From: Euryarchaeota archaeon UBA462
GTDB lineage: Archaea; Thermoplasmatota; Poseidoniia; Poseidoniales; Thalassarchaeaceae
Assembly: GCA_002506755.1 (NCBI GenBank)
Contig: DAYD01000016.1
Coordinates: 2,853-66,852 of the forward strand
Reading direction: 5' to 3'
DNA length: 64,000 nt
Under the pieces are notes generated by a model that did no database searches, was not told where the DNA came from, and worked only from the letters and a program-made list of their open reading frames with translations. Shown here piece by piece: positions 37,541-46,981 of this stretch. Both the position numbers and the translations under genes were made by a program. Numbering within the stretch: the stretch's first letter is position 1; each line of letters begins with the position of its first letter.

Positions 37541-39250
37541 TCAATCCCTTTTTCCATTATGTATAATCGCAGTTATGATGATTGCAAATACTGCCGGGAT
37601 TAATGAAAAACCTGGCGTGAAAACTCCGCCCGTTGGCATATCAGCCCAAAGATCGTAGAACATGATTTGAAAATCCTTGTTCCTATAATCATCATCTTCC
37701 GCGCAGGGATCTATTAACTTCTCAGCCCTACTTGCTGTGTATGCATCACCTGTTGATGTGAACCCGTCATTGTCAGAATCCGACCATGACAGGGTCCATT
37801 GAAAACATTGGTCTGTGAAGGACATCGATTGAGCGCTCAAGGGCATGCTTGCTACTATGCTTCCCCCATCTTCATCTGTGTAGACCACCCTAATCGCTAT
37901 CTCTGCAAGATCTACTTCCTCAAAGTGTTCCTCGCTCAAATCTCCTGACCATGTCTTGGTGGACCCTGATTCCTCTACCACTTCGTTTTCTACTATCATT
38001 GTCATAGAGGTTCTCGGAAGACTGGTATCGACAGAAATACTGAATCTGGATGGGTCCATTACCTCTATAGAACATCTAGCCATACCATTTACCTCCGATA
38101 TTTCCAAATAATTCAAGCTGGAACCAATTAGCTCCATCCTTATGGCCACTCCTCTTGAGTCGTTCATCGATACTGCTATGTTCATCCCATCGATATGGGT
38201 AATATTCCAACCATCCCCCCACGAAAATGGGTCTTCTTCGATGAACTCATCACAGTAATTCTCGCCTTCTCCCTCATCATCAGATGGTTCTCCCGACCCT
38301 TCTTCATCGTCTTGGAAGGGATTTTCATACTCGTATACTTCGTCTCTAGCATAGTACCAAGAGCCAGAGCTTGAGCTCCCTATTCTGTAGTTTATTCCAT
38401 CGGGCCCTTGCAATGTTGTTTGCTCCATTTGAATGTCGCCCATGAACCTGAGTACCATGCTTTGGTACACGGTTTGATTGGTGGGGTCATGACCCATGAT
38501 CATCTCTAATCCAGTCGTGTTGGCATTGGAGTCTATTTCCATTCCTTCTTCCTCAGAACTCACAGATACATCTACGATTTTAACGAAAGAGGTCACATTG
38601 CTCAATTCTGAAAGGTCAATTATTTCTTCAGGATCATCAAGCAATGCCTGGAAATCAAGCAATGAGAGTATGTATGGATATGTGCACATTGTAAGATTAC
38701 TTTGGGTAGCGCTGGGATCGTAATTTGTAGCATTTGTATCCATGCAGCCCTCTTTCTCCGCCCAGTCATACACTCCATCTTTGTCCTCATCATAATCGCA
38801 GGAACCATCATCATCGGTGGATGACGAATTGAAGTTGTTAGCGTTTGGGTCGACGCAGCCCATGGTCTCGAAGTCATCCAATATTCCATCACCATCACTA
38901 TCGTATACGCAGCTACCATCATCCTCGGTAGCGTTAACATCGAAATTAACTGCATCAGAATATGTACATCCCGGGGTTGGCTCAGAAACGACCGGGTATC
39001 TGCAAGACCCGTCATCTTCGGTAGCTGCCTGATTAAAATTGATTGCACCTTGGTACATGCAACCTAGAACCGGCTGAGGGGCTTCGCGATAAACGCAAGT
39101 GCCATCATCGACAATCGCAGTCGAATTATAGTTCATTGCGTCTGGATATGTGCACCCCAGAGTTCCTTCAGGCGTCTCTATGTCTGATTCAGCGCAACCA
39201 GATAGGAGGGCGGGAATAACTAGCAATGCTATGATAACTTGGTACCTCAT
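37541..39250 (-). CDS. surface lipoprotein with Cys-bracketed repeats and TSP3-like Ca-binding motifs, PGF-CTERM-type anchor
   Basis: Start at internal ATG (39250: MRYQVIIALLVIPALLSGC, lipobox). Five ~30-aa repeats GCxYxxAxN[FY]NxxATxDDGSC. DSDGDGILDD and DEDKDGVYD (DxDxDG) motifs. C-terminus ...PGFSLIPAVFAIIITAIIHNGKRD (PGF + TM + basic tail). The track ORF N-terminus (to 39586) overlaps folA and is judged spurious. Confidence 0.55.
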   Translation of the reverse strand: MRYQVIIALLVIPALLSGCAESDIETPEGTLGCTYPDAMNYNSTAIVDDGTCVYREAPQPVLGCMYQGAINFNQAATEDDGSCRYPVVSEPTPGCTYSDAVNFDVNATEDDGSCVYDSDGDGILDDFETMGCVDPNANNFNSSSTDDDGSCDYDEDKDGVYDWAEKEGCMDTNATNYDPSATQSNLTMCTYPYILSLLDFQALLDDPEEIIDLSELSNVTSFVKIVDVSVSSEEEGMEIDSNANTTGLEMIMGHDPTNQTVYQSMVLRFMGDIQMEQTTLQGPDGINYRIGSSSSGSWYYARDEVYEYENPFQDDEEGSGEPSDDEGEGENYCDEFIEEDPFSWGDGWNITHIDGMNIAVSMNDSRGVAIRMELIGSSLNYLEISEVNGMARCSIEVMDPSRFSISVDTSLPRTSMTMIVENEVVEESGSTKTWSGDLSEEHFEEVDLAEIAIRVVYTDEDGGSIVASMPLSAQSMSFTDQCFQWTLSWSDSDNDGFTSTGDAYTASRAEKLIDPCAEDDDYRNKDFQIMFYDLWADMPTGGVFTPGFSLIPAVFAIIITAIIHNGKRD

Positions 39251-39275
39251 ACCCTCTTGAAAACAATCAGGCAAA

Positions 39276-39785
39276 TCAACTCTTTGTCCAAATTGAATAT
39301 GTTGACTTAAATTCGTTATCCGAGTCAATTTCCACTGTTTCAATTTCCTCATTTGTCCAATTGGTTTTGTCCCAATTCGGAAATTTAACGTCACCGCTAT
39401 TTTGTGTGTGCACTTGAGTAACATGTATTTCAGTGGCCCTATCCATAAAAATCTCGTAAATTTGGGAACCGCCAATAATCCAGCATTCTTCACTTCCTTC
39501 CGCGAATGCAACTTCAATGGCCCTACCTGCGTATAGTGCGGTAATCGCTCCATCTGCATTCCAACCTGTGTTTCTCGACATAACAATATTGACTCTCTCG
39601 GGGAGTGGCCTAACAGGATCGGGCAAGGAATCCCATGTTTTTCTGCCCATTATTACCGTATTGAATCCATCACCTTCCGTTAGCCTCCTAAATCGTGCCA
39701 TATCGCTAGATAACCTCCATGGGAGTTTTTGTTCGTTGCCGATGTATCCATCCTCGTCCATAGCTACAATAATTGCTATTTTCAT
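39276..39785 (-). CDS. folA: dihydrofolate reductase
   Basis: MKIAIIVAMDEDGYIGNEQKLPWRL... canonical DHFR N-terminus. 169 aa. Downstream of thyA. Confidence 0.85.
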   Translation of the reverse strand: MKIAIIVAMDEDGYIGNEQKLPWRLSSDMARFRRLTEGDGFNTVIMGRKTWDSLPDPVRPLPERVNIVMSRNTGWNADGAITALYAGRAIEVAFAEGSEECWIIGGSQIYEIFMDRATEIHVTQVHTQNSGDVKFPNWDKTNWTNEEIETVEIDSDNEFKSTYSIWTKS

Positions 39786-39794
39786 ATTGACAAC

Positions 39795-40589
39795 TCACAC
39801 AGAGATTTCAGCGTTAATTCTTTCGTGATATTCATAGCCTATTAGTTGTATATTTTCATATGAAAACTCGTCAATTTCTTTCACTTCGGTATCCAGAACC
39901 AAACTTGGAAGCTCCAATGGAGCTCTACTAATTTGTAACTTGGCCTGCTCTATATGATTTAAGTAAAGATGACAATCCCCCCCAGTCCAGATAAATTCAC
40001 CAGGACTTAAATTACATATTTGGGCTATCATGAAGGTTAGAAGGCTGTAGGAGGATATATTGAATGGCACGCCAAGGAACGCATCGGCACTCCTTTGGTA
40101 TAGTTGGCAGGAGAGCTTCCCGTCATTGACGTAAAATTGGAAGAAAGCGTGACACGGCATTAGTGCCATTTCATCCAATTCCCCCACATTCCAAGCGGAA
40201 ACGATGATTCTCCTACTATCCGGATTGTGCTTTATCAGTTTAATAGCATTGTCGATTTGATCTATTACTCTACCATCATTGGCTTCCCACTTACGCCATT
40301 GCTTACCGTAAACAGGCCCTAGATCTCCATTTTCATCTGCCCATTCGTTCCAAATGCGTACCTTGTTTTGTTGCAGGTAGCTAATATTAGTGTCACCCGA
40401 TAAGAACCATAGTAGTTCATGAACTACACCAGGCCAATACACCTTCTTCGTAGTCACGAGTGGAAATCCTTCGCTCAGGTCAAATCTCATTTGGTGCCCA
40501 AAAACCGAAATTGTGCCTGTCCCAGTACGGTCCTCTTTTTTCTCGCCTTGGTCAAGTATATGGCTCAAGAAGTCAAGGTACTGTTGCAT
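39795..40589 (-). CDS. thyA: thymidylate synthase (ThyA type)
   Basis: [26 protein letters not shown]... and the active-site Cys region ([13 protein letters not shown]). 264 aa. Confidence 0.9.
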   Translation of the reverse strand: MQQYLDFLSHILDQGEKKEDRTGTGTISVFGHQMRFDLSEGFPLVTTKKVYWPGVVHELLWFLSGDTNISYLQQNKVRIWNEWADENGDLGPVYGKQWRKWEANDGRVIDQIDNAIKLIKHNPDSRRIIVSAWNVGELDEMALMPCHAFFQFYVNDGKLSCQLYQRSADAFLGVPFNISSYSLLTFMIAQICNLSPGEFIWTGGDCHLYLNHIEQAKLQISRAPLELPSLVLDTEVKEIDEFSYENIQLIGYEYHERINAEISV

Positions 40590-40638
40590 GTATTACCTAT
40601 GCTGTGAGCCGGTAGTCCATCAAGAATGCGGCTACCTT

Positions 40639-41421
40639 TTATGGCGCTCCCCTCTTCTCCAAGGTGGCCATGAGTTGGTCTGTAAATTTTCTAAAGATTA
40701 TGCGTAATTGCGCGTTTATCTCGTCGTCATTCTTGTCCATTAATAACGATATTTCTTCATCATCTAGGTTCCCCCCTTCCTCGTCTGATGCCCATTCACA
40801 GAAGGTAATTGGGTCGTCTACTGTAATCTCGATCCTCTTCCAGATCCGAGGAACCAAAGAACCCGGTGGCATGAATTCTCTAGCTCCTAAGTTTAGAATA
40901 ATTGGGACAATAGGGACCGTTGGGAATTTGGCCGAGAGCCTCGCAAATCCAGTCTTTCCCCCTTGTAGAAAAGGGGGATCAGGTTTACGTGACCTTGTTC
41001 CCTCCGGGAAAATACCAAGACACCCCCCATTCTCAATTACATCTACGGCTCTGGATAATGCGTCTTTTCCGCCTTTGGCTCTAAACGTCTCAATTTGGCC
41101 AGTTGAAATCATAACAAATCTATGTGGTTGTTTCTGAAAATGGCCTTCCTTGGCCATGAAATGTATAGGTCTCTGTGCAGCTAAGATTTTAATGAATGGA
41201 TCTAGATTTGATAGATGGTTTCCACAAAAAATGACAGGTCCTTCCATAGGAACTTTGTGGGCTCCATTGATGTGTACGTTTGTGATGGACCTCAATAGGC
41301 TAGGGACATACTTTTCAAGAAACCTGTAGATTAGTGGAGTTCTAAAACCCCTACCAGTCCCTTCAAGATTTAGTGAGGAAGAAATCATTGCTAGGGACTC
41401 ATCTGATAGTAGCATACACAA
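40639..41421 (-). CDS. plsC: 1-acyl-sn-glycerol-3-phosphate acyltransferase (PlsC-family, bacterial-type)
   Basis: HX4D acyltransferase motif (NHLSNLD). FPEGTRS block. 260 aa. Confidence 0.7.
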   Translation of the reverse strand: MCMLLSDESLAMISSSLNLEGTGRGFRTPLIYRFLEKYVPSLLRSITNVHINGAHKVPMEGPVIFCGNHLSNLDPFIKILAAQRPIHFMAKEGHFQKQPHRFVMISTGQIETFRAKGGKDALSRAVDVIENGGCLGIFPEGTRSRKPDPPFLQGGKTGFARLSAKFPTVPIVPIILNLGAREFMPPGSLVPRIWKRIEITVDDPITFCEWASDEEGGNLDDEEISLLMDKNDDEINAQLRIIFRKFTDQLMATLEKRGAP

Positions 41422-41490
41422 TCCGACACATTATTCTGTTTCATACTTTTCAGTTGAAAACTTGAATACCTGACATTCTGACCAAACAAC

Positions 41491-42609
41491 ATGAGAGGTG
41501 GGATTAGTGCCGTTGCTCTGACCTTTGTTTTCGTCTTCCCTTTGTTCGCTCCTACAGTAATTGCCGAATGGGAAACCGATACTTGGATTTCCAATGTTAT
41601 TGGTCCCGAGAGGTTAGATAATGGAGATGAGTTTGGCTGTCATGGATACGAAGATGTCGACACTCAGGAAGAAAATTGGGTGATTCAAGCCTGTAGAGAT
41701 TATCTCCTAGGCCTAACTAACTCCACAAGGTGGGGAAAAGAACCAATATCGTTTGGAATCAAATCCAATACCATCGATCAAATGACTGTTAATCATCTAA
41801 TTGACTCGGGTTTCATAATTGTAGGAGATTCATTGGATACTGAGGTCGAAGGATTGGTATCTTTTTCGAGAAATGGCGGAAGTCTGGAAAAAGGCGTGGC
41901 AGATATTGAAATCCTTGAATCAGCAGATAAAGACTCACTAATCTCGGTACATTGGAGGGCAAGGGTAGGGGATTTGAGAGTGAGAGATGACCCCGATGTA
42001 ATAACATGGTTAGAGGACCAACAAGTCTGGTTCACTACATGGGGTGAGTGGCACTTACACACTATTGCGGGCCAGGCTACATCTGTTCGTTCCGAGGGCT
42101 CCTCATTGATTTCTTCATCATTTCATTCCAATCAAGATAGGATATCGTGGAAAGTACCCGGTACCACAAAATTACTTTTTGATAACAACGTCATATCTGT
42201 CCGAGGTTCTAATGGGCAGGAATTATCCATGATATCGCCCGACTCAAGAAAACTTGAGATTGGATGGAGGCCTATAGATGGTGGAATCTTACTATCTCAA
42301 CCTCCTGGTACTAATATTACAATAGAGCTAGAAAATGAGACAACGGAATTCATTGCCACTCCGATGGCCACGTTTAATGGATTACATCATGCAATAACTA
42401 TTGTAGGTCACCATACAACTAATCTATTTAGATGGACTCAAGACTTTTCTGACTCGGAGCTAGTTTTCACTTGGCTAATCGAAAGGCCATTATCAGAGCC
42501 CATTAGTTGGATTATGCCCATTGTAGCAATATCGATATTGATAGCTGCTCCAAGCTCGATATATTATCTTGTAAACAAAGACAGTGAAATTATTTCCGAT
42601 GATCGTTAG
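41491..42609 (+). CDS. secreted/membrane-anchored hypothetical protein
   Basis: N-terminal signal peptide (ALTFVFVFPLFAPTVIA). C-terminal TM (IMPIVAISILIAAPSSIYYLV). No family recognised. Confidence 0.4.
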   Translation: MRGGISAVALTFVFVFPLFAPTVIAEWETDTWISNVIGPERLDNGDEFGCHGYEDVDTQEENWVIQACRDYLLGLTNSTRWGKEPISFGIKSNTIDQMTVNHLIDSGFIIVGDSLDTEVEGLVSFSRNGGSLEKGVADIEILESADKDSLISVHWRARVGDLRVRDDPDVITWLEDQQVWFTTWGEWHLHTIAGQATSVRSEGSSLISSSFHSNQDRISWKVPGTTKLLFDNNVISVRGSNGQELSMISPDSRKLEIGWRPIDGGILLSQPPGTNITIELENETTEFIATPMATFNGLHHAITIVGHHTTNLFRWTQDFSDSELVFTWLIERPLSEPISWIMPIVAISILIAAPSSIYYLVNKDSEIISDDR

Positions 42610-43696
42610 ATGTAAAATTGGGCCCATCTATAACTATTCCATAGTCAGACATTCTGTTCAAAACCCTTGCAACTGCCTCTGTGGATAGAATCTCCGGAGG
42701 GTGAACACCAATTGGGATCATCTGTGGATCAGCTATCCACTCTTCCACACAACAAACTGTTACTAGACCAGTACATCTTGCCATTGAGTGCCCGTCATCT
42801 CCACCATGGTCTTCCACAGTCCAAGTCACTCTAGTTCCATCCATACCTACGGCAAGGACCTCCATCCATGTAAACTCCGGTGTTTGATTATCGTACTCCC
42901 ATTCCTTGGTAAGAGAATTGATGTCAATTGTTCCAGAATCTCTCTGATCAATATATTTCTGAATGTGCCCAGGCCAACGAACGGTATATTCGGACATGTT
43001 GACTGATGGAATAGAATATAGTACACTTCTTAGCCCATCAGTTAGGAATGCCTCCATATTTCCTTTATTCGGGACTCGAATATTGTGCCGATCAGAAAGT
43101 GGAGGCAAAATGACAACTTGTGAATCTCTGATTACTCTAGCTGGCCTGGTATATTCTGCGATAACATCCATAGGGGAAAATGGTGCCATGTACTTCCATC
43201 CTGGTGTCGGTTGTGCAGGGTTTCCCCCAACCCGCACCTCTCCAACTTTTAATGCCCCCAACGACCTATGTGCCTCGGATAGGAGCATATTGGAAAGACC
43301 AGGAGCAATTCCCGTATCCCAAATTATTGAGGCACCACTCTTGACAGCAGCGATATGAAAATTATCGGGTGTGTGCGCACTGAAACTAAGGTCAACGGTC
43401 TTCCAAGGAAGATTTGCTAGATTTGATGTGCTCTCGTGACCTATGTCTCCCGGTAGCATATTTACTACAATATCATTATCAGTGTCAAAATCAATATTAT
43501 TGTCTGTCTTCAAAATTTGCGACAGAACCTGTACTGGGTTCTTATCTTGACCTAAATTATGAATCATAATACCCGGAAAGCTAGAAACTCGGTGTGGGTC
43601 GGGGTCAAATGCGTGTACTTCGTGTCCGGCTTGGGCCAATTTCTTTGCCACATAAGATCCAACAAGTCCGACACCGAGGCAAAAAATTCTCACCAC
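42590..43696 (-). CDS. saccharopine-dehydrogenase-family NAD(P)-binding oxidoreductase
   Basis: Rossmann N-terminus RIFCLGVGLVGSYVAKKL. Sacchrp_dh motif DTGIAPGLSNML. Confidence 0.6.
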   Translation of the reverse strand: MVRIFCLGVGLVGSYVAKKLAQAGHEVHAFDPDPHRVSSFPGIMIHNLGQDKNPVQVLSQILKTDNNIDFDTDNDIVVNMLPGDIGHESTSNLANLPWKTVDLSFSAHTPDNFHIAAVKSGASIIWDTGIAPGLSNMLLSEAHRSLGALKVGEVRVGGNPAQPTPGWKYMAPFSPMDVIAEYTRPARVIRDSQVVILPPLSDRHNIRVPNKGNMEAFLTDGLRSVLYSIPSVNMSEYTVRWPGHIQKYIDQRDSGTIDINSLTKEWEYDNQTPEFTWMEVLAVGMDGTRVTWTVEDHGGDDGHSMARCTGLVTVCCVEEWIADPQMIPIGVHPPEILSTEAVARVLNRMSDYGIVIDGPNFTSNDHRK

Positions 43697-43796
43697 GTTC
43701 TCTGAAACTCGGGACTACTTAATGCCAGTGTCGGTATTGTGTTTCTATGCCAAATTCTATCGATGGTTTGATTGGGGGCGGTAATAGCGGCAAAAC

Positions 43797-45179
43797 ATGG
43801 CAAATAGCGCAAGGATCGATCCATGGTCTTCTGACCAATCAACAGACTACGCGAGAATTGTTGACCAATTTGGTCTATCCCCTGTTATATCCTCTAAACT
43901 TCCTAATCCCGGAATGCTTCATAGGAGGGGGATTGTTTTCGCTCACAGGGATTTGGATATCGTCGTGGGTTGCATGAATAGTTCAGATCCCTTTGGAGTG
44001 CTTACCGGATTGATGCCCAGCGGAAGAATGCATCTAGGCCACAGTATGGTCATTGAACAGGTTCGGTGGTTCCAGGAACAAGGGGGCGACATAACGGTCA
44101 CAGTAGCCGATCTAGAAGCCCTCGCTACCCGAGGGACTACCCTATCCAAAGGGAGGAAGACTGCGATAAACGAGTATATCCATAATTACGCCGCTCTAGG
44201 TCTAAACCCAGACTCCACAAACGTATATTTCCAAAGTACTAGACCGCCAGTACAAAGACTTGCATTCACGCTAGGAAGGAGAACCAACCTATCAGAATTT
44301 GAGTCGATCTATGGCTTTACCGGAGAAACCAACTTAGCCCATGTTCAAGCCCCATTAGTACAGGTTGGAGATATAATTCACCCTCAGTTGGAGGAATATG
44401 GCGGGCTTCGGCCCATTGTGGTTCCTGTGGGGGTAGATCAGGATCCGCACTTGAGACTAACTCGTGATATTGCCCAGAAAACCAACTGGTTCAACGTGAA
44501 GCCCCGTAAATCGGGTGGATTAACAGTATCTCTCTCTATACAGGAAGACAATTTGGGACATATGGGAGTTTCTTCTAATGGGAGAGTGGATATGGCCACC
44601 CGTAATTCAATAATCGAGCAAATTGTCAATGAAATCTCCAATCTCGGTTTTTCCGATATCAATACAAACCCTAAGCACGGAACCATCGAAATCCCCGCTG
44701 CCACTACGGAAGATAAGCAAAAGATCAGAATGAAGATGCTGAGACTTGAAAGAAAATTTGGAGGAATGGGGCTAATACCGCCATCTTCGACATACCATAG
44801 GTTCGCTGTGGGAATGACTGGCGACAAGATGTCATCATCGAAACCTGAGACTACTATTTTCATGGATGATTCGATTGATCAAATGACTAAGAAGGTAAAA
44901 CGCGCAATCAGTGGGGGCCAACCGACAGTGGAAGAACACAGAAGACTTGGGGGCGTTGTATCAAAGGACGTCGCTTTCCAATATCTTCAATTCTTTTTCG
45001 AAAGAGATGACGCGGCCATAGAAGAAGTAAGGGCAGAATATGAGAGTGGTAGGATGTTGGCTGGTGAGATTAAGCAATTATGCATAGACAAGGCGACAGA
45101 GTGGCTGCAGGATCTTGATGAAAAGAGACAACAATGGAGTGATCGTCTCTCAGAGTTCTTAGCTCCCGATTCTACTTAA
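43797..45179 (+). CDS. trpS: tryptophan--tRNA ligase (archaeal/eukaryal type, with insertion)
   Basis: DPWSS N-terminal block. HIGH-type motif SGRMHLGH. KMSKS variant KMSSSKPE. 460 aa. Confidence 0.75.
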   Translation: MANSARIDPWSSDQSTDYARIVDQFGLSPVISSKLPNPGMLHRRGIVFAHRDLDIVVGCMNSSDPFGVLTGLMPSGRMHLGHSMVIEQVRWFQEQGGDITVTVADLEALATRGTTLSKGRKTAINEYIHNYAALGLNPDSTNVYFQSTRPPVQRLAFTLGRRTNLSEFESIYGFTGETNLAHVQAPLVQVGDIIHPQLEEYGGLRPIVVPVGVDQDPHLRLTRDIAQKTNWFNVKPRKSGGLTVSLSIQEDNLGHMGVSSNGRVDMATRNSIIEQIVNEISNLGFSDINTNPKHGTIEIPAATTEDKQKIRMKMLRLERKFGGMGLIPPSSTYHRFAVGMTGDKMSSSKPETTIFMDDSIDQMTKKVKRAISGGQPTVEEHRRLGGVVSKDVAFQYLQFFFERDDAAIEEVRAEYESGRMLAGEIKQLCIDKATEWLQDLDEKRQQWSDRLSEFLAPDST

Positions 45180-45751
45180 AGCTCAAATATCGGCAAATCT
45201 GGTCCCAATTCTAATTTCGACCTTTCTTCGTCAGTTAGGTGTCTAGATATGACTGACTCATGTATTATCTGACTACTTCCTCGCGGGTCTAGCAACTCTA
45301 GAACTAAATCAGACCTGCCAACCTTAGCTTTTGAGAGGCCTTCCAGTATGAATGCCGCCTCGCTCAAAGAATCACTATCCTCGAGCGATCTAATCATCGA
45401 CTTGACAGCCTTCTCGAATCTGTCGATAACTCCCTCAACATTTGTGATGTAACCGCTCGAGTTCCCTCCCGGGCTGACCTCGAGACCCAACCCGCGTATT
45501 CTTACAGTGCATGATGAAGATCTTACTACCCTGGCCGACCCGACACCAGTTGATTCCAAACACAAAGACCAGTATCCGTGTTTATCTCCTTCAGATGGTA
45601 TAAAGTCTGTGTGCTTCCAACCGCAAGTTTCACAGAGGACTGTTATTTGTGTATGTTCCCCGAAATAAGGTATTTCAGAGGACATTGATAACATCGAAAG
45701 TCCATTATCGCTACCACATTGGGCACATGGAACGTCTACCTTGCTCTCCAT
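45176..45751 (-). CDS. ZPR1-type zinc-finger protein
   Basis: CAQCG...IPYFGE...CETCGW arrangement characteristic of the ZPR1 zinc-finger domain, followed by the A/B-type beta domain. Confidence 0.55.
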   Translation of the reverse strand: MESKVDVPCAQCGSDNGLSMLSMSSEIPYFGEHTQITVLCETCGWKHTDFIPSEGDKHGYWSLCLESTGVGSARVVRSSSCTVRIRGLGLEVSPGGNSSGYITNVEGVIDRFEKAVKSMIRSLEDSDSLSEAAFILEGLSKAKVGRSDLVLELLDPRGSSQIIHESVISRHLTDEERSKLELGPDLPIFEL

Positions 45752-45755
45752 TTCA

Positions 45756-46283
45756 TCACTTCATCCTCACACCCTCGAATGACGGAGGAAGAAGAAGAAG
45801 TCTAGAAGAGCCCAATCTGACTAGTTGGCCGCTAATGTCTCCCTCAATGAAGTCTTGAATCTTGCTTACTGCTAATCCAAGCTCCATATCTCTGGACATT
45901 AAGCCCGTCATTTCAACGATAACTATGTCTCCGTTTGATACCCAGTTCATCAATTGAGAAATTCCGGTTACGTCCTCCAATGTTGCCCGGTGTACTATTA
46001 CGTCCGATCTTGTCCTTGGTATTGGTGCATCTGGAAATCTCATACCAAGATCGTGATAGGATTCCCCCGGCTCTACAGAACTAGATGCTGAGTCAGAAAC
46101 GCTAGGCATTTCAACCCATTTCGGATCTTCATCTTTGAATTTCACGTGCCTACGAAATGTGCCATACGCTTGATATCTTCTACATCTAGTGCGATATTCT
46201 ATAGCGTTGCATAGCATAAGAAAGCAACTCCAACCCCCGTCGCATTGATAAGGGGTCGATTTCAGGTAGTAACTATACGGCAC
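45756..46283 (-). CDS. sepF: SepF-like (DUF552) cell-division protein candidate
   Basis: C-terminal domain ...SDVIVHRATLEDVTGISQLMNWVSNGDIVIVEMTGLMSRDMELGLAVSKIQDFIEGDISGQLVRLGSSRLLLLPP matches the SepF core pattern. Real start is possibly the internal Met at 46109. Confidence 0.5.
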   Translation of the reverse strand: MPYSYYLKSTPYQCDGGWSCFLMLCNAIEYRTRCRRYQAYGTFRRHVKFKDEDPKWVEMPSVSDSASSSVEPGESYHDLGMRFPDAPIPRTRSDVIVHRATLEDVTGISQLMNWVSNGDIVIVEMTGLMSRDMELGLAVSKIQDFIEGDISGQLVRLGSSRLLLLPPSFEGVRMK

Positions 46284-46291
46284 ATCCGCCG

Positions 46292-46927
46292 GTGATAATT
46301 ATGGATGCCACAACTGACGCAATTAAGACTGGAACCAGCACAGTGGGAATTACCTACAAAGGAGGTGTTGTGGTTGGAGCAGATCATCGGGCCACTATGG
46401 GACATTTTATCGCTAATAAATCGGTACAAAAGGTCTTCAGGATATCTGACAACATTGCATTGACGACTGCTGGCCTTGTAGGTCACGCCCAATCACTTTC
46501 GAGGACTCTGGCAGCCGAGTTGAAGTTATTCCAGCTCAAGAGGGATCATCCTATGACAGTAAAGGGAGCAGCAACACTCACTGCGAATATACTGGTAGGG
46601 CGACCCCATTATGTGCAGCTACTAATAGTAGGTGTAGATAGCTCTGGCCCAAGCGTGTACAGCATCGATTCTGCAGGTGGTTCGATACCTGACGTGTATT
46701 GTGCTACAGGTTCAGGTAGTCCCTTTATGTACGGAGTTTTAGAAGATCAGTTTGAATCTGACATGTCAAAGGAGGAAGCATTACGATTGGCTGCGAAATC
46801 ACTTCTTGCATCCGCCCAGAGGGACGCTGCAAGCGGCAATGGTATGGATCTAGCATATATAACAGATGAAACAGGCTTCACCCAACTTACTGAGGAAGAA
46901 ACAGACAACCTCCTCTCAACACTGTGA
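46292..46927 (+). CDS. psmB: proteasome subunit beta (with N-terminal propeptide)
   Basis: Propeptide MIIMDATTDAIKTG then catalytic Thr in TSTVGITYKGGVVVGADHRATMG. Confidence 0.85.
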   Translation: MIIMDATTDAIKTGTSTVGITYKGGVVVGADHRATMGHFIANKSVQKVFRISDNIALTTAGLVGHAQSLSRTLAAELKLFQLKRDHPMTVKGAATLTANILVGRPHYVQLLIVGVDSSGPSVYSIDSAGGSIPDVYCATGSGSPFMYGVLEDQFESDMSKEEALRLAAKSLLASAQRDAASGNGMDLAYITDETGFTQLTEEETDNLLSTL

Positions 46928-46981
46928 ACACACTCCCGGCCATCTGGCTAAAATGCCAACCGCGGAAACGAGGATTTTGAA

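Noticed and set aside
39251-39586. N-terminal 112 residues of the 681-aa track ORF
   Set aside because: This extension overlaps the folA coding sequence on the same strand in another frame. An internal ATG immediately precedes a lipobox signal peptide, so the shorter start was adopted.
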